A program made the translations under genes and the position numbers. Shown here piece after piece: positions 40,857 to 53,235 of a stretch of 64,000 bases of DNA. Numbering within the stretch: the first letter of the stretch is position 1; the number at the start of each line of letters is the position of its first letter. Under the pieces are notes generated by a model, which did no database searches, was not told the DNA's origin, and saw only the letters and a list, made by a program, of their open reading frames with translations. Source of the DNA: Felis catus (lineage: Eukaryota); contig NC_058368.1 in the NCBI RefSeq assembly GCF_018350175.1, forward strand, positions 1 through 64,000. The letters run 5' to 3'.

Positions 40857-41077
40857 GCGGCGCCTGTGTGGCTCGGTCGGTTTACTGTCCAACTCTTAAT
40901 TTCAGATTAGGAAATAATCTTGCGGTGCATGGGTTCAAGTCCCACGTTGGACCCTGCCATGACAGTGTGGGGCATGGCTAGGATTCTCTCTCTCCCTGTC
41001 TCTCTGCCCCTCCCTCACTTTTATGTACTCTAAGGAAAGAAATAAACATTTAAAAAAATGTTGAAAAAATTTTAAAT
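40857..41077 (+). mobile_element. Can-SINE (tRNA-derived carnivore SINE)
   Basis: gcggcgcctgtgtggctcggtcgg head, B-box-like ggttcaagtcc, (CT)n tract, AATAAA/A tail; TSD aaaactgca at 40848-40856 and 41078-41086. Confidence 0.9.
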
Positions 41078-42308
41078 AAAACTGCATACCAATAGCCTGA
41101 TGAGTATGTATGCCGAAATTCTCATTAAAATACCTTCAAATTAAAGTCAACAATACATTAATAGAATCATTTACCATAATCAAGTGGGATATATCCCTGG
41201 CTTCAAGGGTGGTACCACATTCACAGATCAATCAACATGATGCACCACAGTAATAGAAGAAAGGATAAGAACAATATGATGCTTTCAACAGATGCAGGAA
41301 AACCATTTGACAAAATGTCACATCCATTCATGATAAAAACGCTCAGCAAAGTACATTGAGACTCAACCTACCTGCACATAATAAAAGTCATCTAGGAAAA
41401 ACCCACAGCTAATCTCATCCTCAATGGGGAAAAATTGAAAGTTGTTCCTCCAAGGTCAGGGACAAGACAGGGATGACCCCTCTCACCACTGTTATTCACA
41501 TAGTACGGGAAATCCTAGCCACAGCAATCAGACAACAAAAAGAAATAAGAGGCATCCAAATCAGCAAGGAAGAAGTAGCACATTTTCTATTTGGAACTGA
41601 CATGATGTGCTCTATAAGAAACATGAAAGACTCCCTTAAAAATTGCTAGAATTGATATATGAATTCGACAAGTCACAATACACAGAAATCAATGTACATA
41701 AATGTATTGCATTTCTATACACGAATCATGAATTAACAGAGAGAGAAAGTAAGGGATCAAACCCATTTACAGGTTCACAAATACCACAAGATACCAGGAA
41801 TATACCTAACCAAAGAAGTCAAAGACCTGTACTCTAAAGGCTATGAAATGATGATGAAAAAAATGGAAGAGGACACAAAGAAATGGAAATACATTTCATG
41901 TTCATGGATGGCAAGAACAAAATACTGTTAAAATGTCTACAGTCCTCAAAACAATCTACACATGTAATGAAATCCCTATCACACTAACAAAAACATTTGT
42001 CACAGAAATGGAACAAATAATCTCAAAATGTGTATGGAATGACAAAAGTCCCCAAACAGCCAAAACAAACTTGAAGAAGAAAAGCAAAGCTGGAGACATC
42101 ACAATCCCAGACTTTAGGTTATATTACAAAGCTGTACTGATCAGAACAGTATGGTACTGGCAAAACAACAACAACAACAACAACAACACACAGAGGCAGA
42201 GATCAATAGAATAGAAACCCAGAAATGAACTCACACCTGTATGGTCAATTAATTCTCAACAAAGCAGGAAAGAATATCCAATGGAAAAAAAAAAAAAAAG
42301 ATAGTCTT

Positions 42309-42479
42309 GGGACACATGGATGTCTCAGTCACCAAAGTGTGTGATTGTGGATTCAGCTCAGGTCATGATCTCAGGGCAGTGCAGAGCATGCGTGGGATTC
42401 TCTCTCTCCATTTCTCTCTGCCCCTCTTTTGCATGCTCTCTCTCTCTCAAAAATAAACACATAAACCTAAAAAAAAAAA
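42309..42479 (+). mobile_element. Can-SINE, internally deleted
   Basis: gggacacatggatgtctcagtc head, ttcagctcaggtcatgatctca, (CT)n, caaaaataaa and A tail; the middle part is missing. Confidence 0.85.
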
Positions 42480-44625
42480 CCTCCTCAACATATGGTTTTG
42501 AAAAAACTGGACAGCAACCTGCAAGACAAAACAACAACGGACCACTTTCTTACAACATACACAAAAATAAATCCAACATGGATAAAGACCTATGTGTGAA
42601 ACCTGAAAGCATAAAAATCCCAGAGGATAACAAGGGTAGTATCTTATTTGACATTGCCTGTACAAACGTCTTTGTAGATATATCTCCTGACGTAAGGGAA
42701 ACACAAGCAAAAATAATGGAACTTGGTGAAAATAAAAAGCATCCGTCACCAAGGAAATAATCAACAAAACTAAAACACCTACAGAATATTTGCAAACAAC
42801 ATCTGATAAAGGGTTAGTGTCCAAAATATATAAAGTTATACAGCACCCAAAAAATGAGAAGTCCGATTAAAAATGGGTACAAGCCACGAATACACATTTT
42901 CCAAATGGAAGACATAAACATGGCCAAGAGACACCTGAAAAGATGCTCAACAATACTGATCTTCAGGGAAATACAATTCAAAAGTACAATGAGATACCAC
43001 ATCACATCTGTCAGAATGACTAAAATCAATGAAGGATGAAACAGCAGGTGTTGCCAAGGATGTGGGGAAAGAGGAACCCTCTTGCACTGTGGGTAGAAAT
43101 GCAAACTGGTGCAGCCACTCTGGAAAACATCATGGAGATTTGTCAAAAAAAAAAAAAAAAAAAAAAAACTGGAAATAGAACTATCTTACGATCCAGCAAT
43201 TTCACTACGAGGTATTTACACAAAGAATACAAAAATAATTCTTCAAAGGGATACATGCACCCTGATGTTTACAGAAGCATTTCTACAACAGCCAAATTAC
43301 GGACACTGCCCAAGCATCCATCAACTGATGAATAAATTGAGATGTAGTATATGGAATGTAATATTATTTAGCCGTAAAAACATGAAATCTTGTCATTTGC
43401 CACGAGGTGGATGGAGCGAGAGAATGTTATGCTGGGTGAAATAAGCCTGTCAGAGAAAGACAAATACCCGATGATTTCACTAACACATGGCAATAAAACA
43501 AAACACGGGGTGGGGGGGGAGGAGTCAGTGACAAACAAACAGACTCTTAACTAGGAAACAAACTGAGGGCTTCCACAGTGAGGTGGGGGAAATGGGTGAA
43601 ACAGCTGATGGGGATTAAGAAGTGCATCTGGGATGAACACCGGGTGACATGTGAAGTGTTGCTCTATATTGGACACCTGAAACTAATATTACACTGTATC
43701 TTTACTCACTGGAATTTAAATTAAAAGATAGCATAAGGTTAATGACAGGTACCTACCAGGTTTTCTGTAGTTTTCAATCACTTCACTAGGTTGGAAAACT
43801 AACCATGAAATTTTTTTAAAAGCATGTATGATGTGGGGGACAGTTTGTGCCCTTACCTCGGTCTCTGGGTCCAGCAGGACTTGGAACGTGGGTCCCAGCT
43901 CATTCTTCTAGAAGGTCCTGAGACGAACATTTCATGTATCCACGTCCTAAATGAATGCAGCTCCCGTTCTTCTGAATTTCTGTCAGGGTTTCTTCCCAGA
44001 AACAAGCCTGAATCTGGAACAAACCATCAACTGCATCTATGAGGTGATGTCGTGGGACCCCGCAATCCACGAATTCTTTAGTAAAATACATCTTGTTCAA
44101 ATACTGTCCAGGAAGGAGAGGAATGAAACACAGGAACAGCCCAGAAAATGCAAGGGCCTGTGCTGCCCAGCAACCAGATTGCTGAGGGAAGACACCCAGC
44201 GCCCCCTCCTCAGCATTCACTACAACAAGGCAGCTTCTCTCTGGCGACTCAGGAGATGCCAAGTTGCTGCTAAACTCCCAAGGTCTCCCTTGGGGTGGGT
44301 GGCAGAACCTGCTGGAAATGCAGCTCTGCTCTCTGTACTCAGGCAGCAGCAGAGGCCCTGAGTCCTCTGGGAGCAATAGAAGCCCTTCCTGCTCTCAGGT
44401 GCCATGGGTCAGAAAAGCTGATGGTACGCCCTCTGCTGGCCATCACTGCCCAGCAGAAGAACCCTCCCCTCCAGGTCTGTGGTGCTCGAGCTCTCTCTGC
44501 TGGCCACCATGGGAATTCCTGCAATGTTGAAGGCCCTGGTCGCTCCCCTGAGAGACCGAAAGTGCTCTGGGCAACTAAGTCTGTTCTCCACATTGGGAAG
44601 GGTTTTAGTGACAGGGCCTGGGACA

Positions 44626-47489
44626 CTATGAAAAATTATATGCCAACAAACTGGACAACCTGGAAGAAATGGACAAATTCCTAAACACCCACAGGCTTCC
44701 AAAACTCAATCAGGAGGAAATAGAAAGCTTGAACAGACCCATAACCAGCGAAGAAATTGAATCAGTCATCAAAAATCTCCCTACAAATAAGAGTCCAGGA
44801 CCAGATGGCTTCCCTGGGGAATTCTACCAGACGTTTAAAGCAGAGATAATACCTATCCTTCTCAAGCTATTCCAAAAAATAGAAAGGGAAGGAAAACTTC
44901 CAGACTCATTCTATGAAGCCAGTATTACTTTGATTCCTAAAACAGACAGAGACCCACTAAAAAAAGAGAACTACAGGCCAATATCCCTGATGAATATGGA
45001 TGAAAAAATTCTCAATAAGATACTAGCAAATCGAATTCAACAGCATATAAAAAGAATTATTCACCATGATCAAGTGGGATTCCTTCCTGGGATGCAGGGC
45101 TGGTTCAACATTTGCAAATCAATCAATGTGATACATCACATTAATAAAAGAAAAGATAAGAACCATATGATCCTGTCAATCGATGCAGAAAGGGCATTTG
45201 ACAAAATTCAGCAATGTTTCTGAATAAAAACCCTCGAGAAAGTTGGGATTGAAGGAACATACTTAAAGATCATAAAAGCCATTTATGAAAAGCCCACAGC
45301 TAACATCATCCTCAATGGGGAAAAACTGAGAGCTTTTTCCGTGAGATCAGGAACACGACAGGGATGTCCACTCTCACCGCTGTTGTTTTACTTAGTGTTG
45401 GAAGTTCTAGCATCAGCAACCAGACAACAAAAGGAAATCAAAGGCATCAAAATTAGCAAAAATGAAGTTAAGCTTTCACTTTTTGCAGATGACATGATAT
45501 TATACATGGAAAATCCGATAGACTCCACCAAAAGTCTGGTAGAACGGATACATGAATTTAGCAAAGTTGCAGGATACAAAATCAATGTACAGAAATCAGT
45601 TGCATTCTTATACACTAATAATGAAGCAACAGAAAGACAAATAAAGAAACTGATCCCATTCACAATTGCACCAAGAAGCATAAAATACCTAGGAATAAAT
45701 CTAACCAAAGATGTAAAAGATCTGTATGCTGAAAACTATAGAAAGCTTATGAAGGTAATTGAAGAAGATATAAAGAAATGGAAAAACATTCCCTGCTCAT
45801 GGATTGGAAGAATAAATATTGTCAAAATGTCAATACTACCCAAAGCTATCTACACATTCAATGCAATCCCAATCAAAATTGCACCAGCATTCTTCTCGAA
45901 ACTAGAACAAGCAATCCTAAAATTCATATGGAACCACAAAAGGCCCCGAATAGCCAAAGTAATTTTGAAGAAGAAGACCAAAGCAGGAGGCATCACAATC
46001 CCAGACTTTAGCCTCTACTACAAAGCTGTCATCATCAAGACAGCATGGCATTGGCACAAAAACAGACACATAGACCAATGGAATAGAATAGAGACTCCAA
46101 AATTGGACCCACAAAAGTATGGCCAACTAATCTTTGACAAAGCAGGAAAGAATACCCAATGGAAAAAAGTCAGTCTCTTTTACAAATGGTGCTGGGAGAA
46201 CTGGACAGCAACATGCAGAAGATTGAAACTAGACCACTTTCTCACACCATTCACAAAAATAAACTCAAAATGGATAAAGGACCTGAATGTGAGACAGGAA
46301 ACCATCAAACCCTAGAGGAGAAAGCAGGAAAAGACCTCTCTGACCTCAGTCGCAGCAATTTCTTACTTGACACATCCCCAAAGGCAAGGGAATTAAAAGC
46401 AAAAATGAACTACTGGGACCTTATGAAGATAAAAAGCTACTGCACAGCAAAGGAAACAATCAACAAAACTAAAAGGCAACCAATGGAATGGGAAAAGATA
46501 TTTGCAAATGACATATCAGACAAAGGGCTAGTATCCAATATCTATAAAGAGCTCACCAAATTCCACACCTGAAAAACAAATAACCCAGTGAAGAAATGGG
46601 CAGAAAACATGAATAGACACTTCTCTAAAGAAGACATCCAGATGGCCAACAGGCACGTGAAAAGATGCTCAACGTCGCTCCTCATCAGGGAAATACAAAT
46701 GAAAACCACACTCAGATATCACCTCACGCCAGTCAGAGTGGCTAAAATGAACAACTCAGGAGACTATAGATGCTGGAGAGGATGTGGAGAAACGGGAACC
46801 CTCTTGCACTGTTGGTGGGAATGCAAATTGGTACAGCTGCTCTGGAAAAGTGTGGAGGTTCCTCAAAAAATTAAAAATAGACCTACCCTATGACCCAGAA
46901 ATAGCACTGCTAGGAATTTACCCAAGGGATACAGGAGTACTGATGCATAGGGCACCTGTACCCCAATGTTTATAGCAGCACTCTTAACAATAGCCAAATT
47001 ATGGAAAGAGCCTAAATGTCCATCAACTGATGGACAAAGAATATTGTGGTTTATATAAAAGATATAAACCATAAAGAAATTGTGGATAAAGAAATTGTGG
47101 TTTATATACACAATGGAGTACTACGTGGCAATGAGAAAGAATGAAATATGGCCCTTTGTAGCAACATGGATGGAACTGGAGAGTGTTATGCGAAGTGAAA
47201 TAAGCCATGCAGAGAAAGACAGATACCATATGTTTTCACTTTTATGTGGGTCCTGGGAAACTTAACAGAAACCCCTGGGGGAGGGGAAGGAAAAAAAAAA
47301 GGGAGGTTAGAGTGGGAGAGAGCCAAAGCATAAAAGACTCTTAAAAACTGAGAACAAACTGAGGGTTGATGGGGGGTGGGAGGGAGGGGAGGGTGGGTGA
47401 GGGGTAATGAAGAGGGCACCTTTTGGGATGAGCACTGGGTGTTGTATGGAAACCAATTTGACAATAAACTTCATATATTGAAAAAAAAA
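44626..47489 (+). mobile_element. Relatively young 5'-truncated feline-type L1 (ORF2 Z/RT/C-terminal domains, 3'UTR, poly(A))
   Basis: Long ORF2 reading segments ([56 protein letters not shown]), G-rich 3'UTR at ~47370, AATAAA at ~47463 and A tail. Confidence 0.97.
44669..47265 (+). pseudogene. L1 ORF2 reverse transcriptase remnant (no endonuclease domain, internal stops and frameshifts)
   Basis: ORF track segments 44669-45223, 45341-46315, 46159-46572 and 46588-46893 are consecutive ORF2 pieces. There is a stop at 45221-45223 and a frameshift near 46310. Confidence 0.93.
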
Positions 47490-50336
47490 TGAAAACCTAA
47501 GCGAGGTCTACACTGAACATGCCATATATTCAGCTCTGTGAGAAATGAGTGTGGTGAAACAAACTTTCATCTGGTTTCTCTAAGTTAAATTTATTTGAAA
47601 ACTATGTGGGTCCTATGAGGGAAGTTCCATAGAGTCAACTCTGTGACAGAACACTGGGGGGAATCCATCTTCCAACTAATATCTTTATTCATAAGTGAGA
47701 GGTGTTTGGAAACCATGCAGAGCTTACATCAACAGTGTCACACACTCAACTCTGGGAAAGTGTGTTGTTGGGAGCAATCTTTCTCCTAACATCTGGTTTC
47801 ACTCAGTTACATGTGTTTGAAAACACATGCGGGGCTTATGTGGATAGTGCCCAATACTCAACTTTGTGAAACCATACTGTAGGGAAATCGCCTTTCAGCT
47901 ACCATCTGGTGTCTCTACGTTAGAAGTGTTTGAAAACCTGGAAGAAGTCTAACCAATAAGTGCCATATACCCAACTGTGAGAAACAACAATGTGGAGAAA
48001 CGATCTTTCCACTAACAACTGGTTTCACTAATTTAAAAATGTTTGAAAACTATTCAGGGTCTGTGTGGAAAGAGCCATATACTCAACTCTGTGACACAAC
48101 CTTGTGGGGAAACCATCTTCTGCCTAACAGGTTGTTTCACTAAGTTAGAAGTATTTGAAAACCATGCGGAGACTACACGGAAAGTGCCATATACTCAGCC
48201 TGATGAGACCCTATGGGGAAACCCTCTTTCAACTAACATCTTGTGTCACCATGTCAGAAATGTTAGAAAACCTTTGCTAGTAACAATGAGGAAAGTGACA
48301 TATTCTCTACTCTATGAAAACATACTGTGGAGAAACTGTCTTCCCACTCACATCTGCTATCTCTAATTTAGAAATGTTTGAAAACCTATGCGGGACCTAT
48401 GTGGAAAGCGCCATATACTTACCTCTGTCACACTGCACTTTGGGAAAACTATCTTTCCACGAACATGTGGTCCCACTAATTTGGAAGTGTTTGAAAACCC
48501 ATGTGGGGCCTAGGTGGAAAGTGCCTTACCCTCAACTCAACAACACTGTGGGGAAACAATCTTTCAACTAACATCTTTTTTCACTAAGTAAGAAGCTTTG
48601 GAAAACCTGTGGGGGCTTATCAGGAAAGTACCAATAGAGTCAAGTCTGTCAAGCAGCATTTGGGGAACCATCTTTCAACTAACTTCTTGTTTCACCATGT
48701 TAGAAGTGTTGGAAAGCCTTTGCTGGCAACGATGACCAAAGTGACATATACTTGATTGTGAGAAAACATACTAAGGAGCAACCATCTTTCAACTCACATG
48801 TGGTTCCTCTAAGTTAGAAGAGGCCAGGCCTCGGCGGAAAGGGGCCATATACTCAACTCTGTGAAACTGCACTGTGGGGTAACCACCTTTCAATTAACAC
48901 CTTGTTTCACTAAGTAGAAATTGAAAGCTTACGTGTGTCCTACAAGGAAAGTGTATGCCCTCAACTCTGTGAAGCAGAATTGTGGGGGAAACATCTTTCG
49001 ACTAACATCTTGTTTCACCAAGTTAAAAATGTTTGAAAACAAATGTAGTACCTACACCGAACGTGCCTCATACTTGAAACTATGAAACACTCTGGGGAAA
49101 TCTTTCTACTATCATCTTATTTCATTTACAAGTATTTGAAAATCTATGCAGGTCCTATGCAGATAGTGCCATATACTGAACTCTGTGAAACAACACTGTA
49201 GGGAAACCGTCTTTTGACTAACATCTGGTTTCACTCTAAGTTAGAAGCCTTTGAAAACCTATGAGGAGCCTATGTGGAAAGTTCCATATACTCAACACTA
49301 TCATGCAGCACTTTAGGGAAACTATCTTTCAGCTAACATCTCATTTCACTAAGTTACAAGTATTTGAAAACCATTGCAGGACTACACCGAAAGTGCCACA
49401 TACCTAACTCTAGCAAATACTGTGGAGATACCATCTTTCAACTGTCAGCTCGTTTCTCAATGTTTTCTAATATTGTTAATAAACCCATGTGGGGCCTACA
49501 AGGAAGGTACCATAACCTGAACTCTGTGAGAAAAGAGTGTGGTGAAATGATCTTTCAACTCACATCTGGTTTCTCTAAGTTAGAATTATTTGAAAACCTA
49601 TGCGGGGCCTATGTGGAAAGTGACGTAGACTCAATTCTGTGAAAAAACACTGTAGGGAAACAATCTTTCAACTAATATCTCATTTTACTGAGAACTGTTT
49701 GCAAAACTATGTGGAGCCTACAGGGTAAGTGCCGTATACTCAACTCTGTAAAACAACACTGTGGGAAAAACCTCTTTTAACTAACATCTCGTTTCACTAA
49801 GTTGGAATTATTTGAAAACCTAGGTGGGGAACGATGGGCAAAGTGACATATACCACCCACTGTGAAAGAATCTTGTGCAGAAACCATCTTTAAGTATCAT
49901 TTTGTTTCAGTAAGTTAGAAGTATTTGAAAACCTCTGCGGGCCTATGAGGAAAGTGCCAAATATTCCACTCTGTCCAGATGCAATTTGGGGAAACCATCT
50001 TTCAAGTAACATCTTGTATCACTAGGTTAGAATTGTTTGAAATCCGTTGCGGGGAACGATGTGGAAAGTGACATTGTGAGAGAGTACTGTGGGGAAAGCA
50101 CCTTTCAACTAATATCATGTTTCACTAAGGGAGAACTATATGAAAACCTATGCAAGGCCTGCAAGGTAAGTGCCATATACTCGACTCTGTGAAATAACAC
50201 TCAGGGTAACCACCTTTTAACTTCTTGTTTCACTGAGTTAGAAGTCTTTGAAAACCCATGCAGGGTCTATGCAGAAAGTGCCATATACTCAACTCTGTCA
50301 AATTGCACTTTGTGAAACCATCTTTCAACTAACATG
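47490..50336. repeat. ~112-113-bp satellite array A (~25 diverged monomers)
   Basis: tttgaaaa recurs every ~112 bp (e.g. ~47816, 47929, 48042, 48154). By-eye consensus: tttgaaaacctatgcggggcctatgtggaaagtgccatatactcaactctgtgaaacaacactgtggggaaaccatctttcaactaacatctggtttcactaagttagaagtg. Confidence 0.93.
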
Positions 50337-51530
50337 CAACCACACAACACGCGAATTACACACAAACACCACACATATATCACACAAACAACAATACACG
50401 AACACACAACACACAAAAAAATATTTATGAAAACACACCACACACAACCACAGGTATGTTACACTCAAGACACTTATAACATGCATACACATACACCCTG
50501 CACATAAAACACACTTGCACACTGAATTAGCCATATACACACCTCCATCACACATACACCATGTACACATACATACATTACACACACCACATATACACCA
50601 CGCATATGCCACAAATATATCCAACACAGATCACACATGGCCCACACACCCACAATTATAACCCTCCCACAGTATTACCACACTCAACATATTTACAGCA
50701 CACAATTTCCAAGCAAACCACTTCTCATATACCACACATACACCACATATACAGAAGACAGATGCCACCTCCTCTACACATAAACTACACAGACACCACA
50801 CATCTACACCACTCCTACAATGAACACACTGTACATATACCTTGCATGACACATGAATATCACACAAACACCTCTCCCTTTCACCACATACACAACACAT
50901 ACACATCACACAGATGTCTTCCACATACTCTTTACTAAACGTAATACACATAGCACACACACACACACATACACACCCTGCACACATATACCACACAAAC
51001 ACACTCCATACATACACCACATATGTACTAAACATATACCACACACAACATACTTATACTACACAGATACCACATATACAATAAACACACCATGAGAATC
51101 CATACATATATGACATACAGACACCACCCACACCACACACACCACACTTATATTACACAAACTCCAGAGGTATGCCACATCACAAAAACCACAAATGCAC
51201 CACATACAAAACACACATGCTATACAAAGACCACACAGGAACATCCATTATATGTGGAGCATACATGCATGACATATATAGTATAATCGCAACACATATA
51301 CCACACTTACAGCACACAGAAAGCCACATAAACCACCTACAAACCACCAACACACTATACACACACCACACTCACCACACAAATGCAATACGCAGGCACA
51401 AACCACATATACAACATACGTGCCATCCATACAGAATGGAATCATGCCCTCAACCCCATCCACTCCCAACATATACCACACACAGCACACATGTACCCCT
51501 CAACACACCCACCAAATGCCACCCACGCTT
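50337..51530. repeat. Degenerate CA-rich low-complexity tract, ~1.2 kb
   Basis: Irregular (CA)/(CATA)/(CCACA) units, strongly G-poor on the + strand. Confidence 0.9.
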
Positions 51531-51654
51531 TGTGGCTTACTGCCTGAAATGACACTGCTCAAGTGTCTTTCCTGTAGACTTTCACATACATCTCATTGGC
51601 AGTTTGTGGAAACATTATTAGTGCTGGTTGGGAGAGCTAGCATGCCAGCCATGT

Positions 51655-52955
51655 AGTCTCATCCCTTGAACATAGATAGATCACTAGCAAATAATTCTAA
51701 ATACCCCAGAAAGCAACCTGAAGGCTGACATAACCAAGTCCACAGCTACAGGGAGAGAAGAAGCCACAACCAGGAAGGTAGGAAGTACAAGAGAGGGGGG
51801 GTTGGGGGAGAAATATATCAAGGGTGCTGCAGAGAAGAGGGAGGCCTCATTGAGGAAAGAAGGAGAGGGAGAGGAACACACAGGGGAACATGCAAGGTGA
51901 ACCTTTCCCCAAAGACACATGAAAAGAGGCTCGTCATTGCTCATCCTCAGGGAAATACAAATCAATACTACCATGAGATATTACCACATGTCTGACAGAA
52001 GGGCTATATTTCACAAAAGAAACAGCGGGTGTTGGCAAGGAGGGGGAGAAAAGGAAACCCTCTGATACTGTAGGTGGGAATGCAAACTGGTGCAGCCACT
52101 CTGGAAAACAGTACAAAGTTTCATCAAATGTTAAGCGCAGGACTGCCCTGGGGCACCTGGGTGGCATGGTCAGTTAGGCAATTGACTCTTGATACCCACT
52201 CCAAGTCAGGATCTCACAGTCATGGGACTGAGCCATTGTTGGGCTCTGCACTGGCAGCATGGAGTGCACTTAGGACTCTCCGTCTCTCTCTGCTCCTCCC
52301 CATCTCTCACTCTCTCCCTCTCAAATAAATTAATTAAAAAAAATTGTCTACCCTTGAGAACTTAGAGTTGCCCTATGATCCAGCAATTGCCCTATGAGGT
52401 ATTTACCCAAAGGATACAAAAATAAGAATTCAAAGGGATACAGGCACCCCAGTGTTTTTAGCAGCACAATGAAAAATAGCCAGTTATGGAAAGTGCTCAA
52501 ATGTCCGTTGGCCGCAGATTGAATGGAGATGTGGTATATACATATACAATGGTATATTACGCAGCCATGAAAGAGAATGAAATTTTCCTTTGCAATGATT
52601 TGGATGGAGCTCAAGAATATTATGCTAAGTGAAATAAGTCCGTCAGAGAAAGGCTTATACCGTATGATTTCACTGCTTTGTGGAATGTAAGAAACAAAAC
52701 AAATAAATAACCCTGGTGGAAACAAGAGAGTCGCAAAACAAGAAACATACTCTTAACTCTAGAGAGCAAACTGATAGTTACCAGAGGAGAGATGGGTGTG
52801 GGGATTGGGTTATATAAGAGATGGAAATGAAAGAGTACACTTTGTGATGTGCACCAGGGGTTGTGTGGAAGGGTGAAACAACTGAATTCTACACCTGAAA
52901 ATATTATTCCACTGTATGTTACCTAACTGGAAGTTAAATAAAAACTTTAAAAATC
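51655..52955 (+). mobile_element. Old carnivore L1 with 5'UTR start joined directly to the ORF2 3' end/3'UTR (internally deleted)
   Basis: 51655-51913 resembles a carnivore L1 5'UTR (tcccttgaaca...ttctaaataccccagaaa...gaaggtaggaagt...cacacaggggaac...ttccccaaag). From ~51913 it reads acacatgaaaag...cagggaaatacaaatc, which is late ORF2, through to the tail at ~52950. Confidence 0.75.
52150..52344 (+). mobile_element. Can-SINE nested in L1
   Basis: ggggcacctgggtggcatggtcagtt head, (CT)-rich tract, caaataaa and A tail. Confidence 0.88.
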
Positions 52956-53235
52956 ATTCTATATTAGCCATAAGGAAAGGCCTCGTGCTGAAGTGCCCAA
53001 GGCATTACTGTGCTTCAAGTGACATTCTTGTCCCTTGTAGACATATAGAGTAACATTATCCTCACCACCTCTTTGTGCCGACACTTGTGCTTTACTGCTA
53101 AAAAGTACACTTTGCTGCAAGAGGACTTTAGAAAACTTCTTGGGGATATGTAGTCAAAAGTATTCTTAAACCCTGTGTAGAAGCACCAGGAAATGGCCTG
53201 GCATTAGGTGCCTAAAATTACAGTGTGACACACTG

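Larger units (their letters stand above)
38550..43725 (+). mobile_element. Old L1 with near-complete but heavily disrupted ORF2 and 3'UTR, interrupted by an L1 fragment and two SINEs
   Basis: Endonuclease N-terminus at ~38700 (tatcaataatcactctgaatataaatggactaaatgctccaatcaaaaga); DFNTSLTSMDR in ORF 39732-39935; decayed RT region ~41150-41650; KAGDITIPDF at ~42085; 3'UTR ending ggaatttaaattaaaa at ~43725. Many stops and frameshifts. Confidence 0.9.

Noticed and set aside
40857..40950. tRNA gene (A/B-box-like motifs)
   Set aside because: This is the tRNA-derived head of a Can-SINE, followed by a (CT)n tract, A tail and TSD.
44669..46315. Active L1 or a telomere-specific retrotransposon/reverse transcriptase system
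   Set aside because: It is an ordinary L1 ORF2: 5'-truncated, lacking the endonuclease and ORF1, with stops and a frameshift, and not inserted in telomeric repeats.
47490..50336. Satellite A as a C2H2 zinc-finger array or CRISPR-like array
   Set aside because: tgtggaaag and gaaaacctatg look like CGK/EKPY codons, but the period is ~112-113 bp rather than 84 bp, frame is not kept, and there is no C-x2-C/H-x3-H pattern. Whole monomers are homologous, so there are no unique spacers.
50248..51552. His/Thr-rich and Cys/Val-rich ORFs
   Set aside because: Translations of CA/TG low-complexity DNA.
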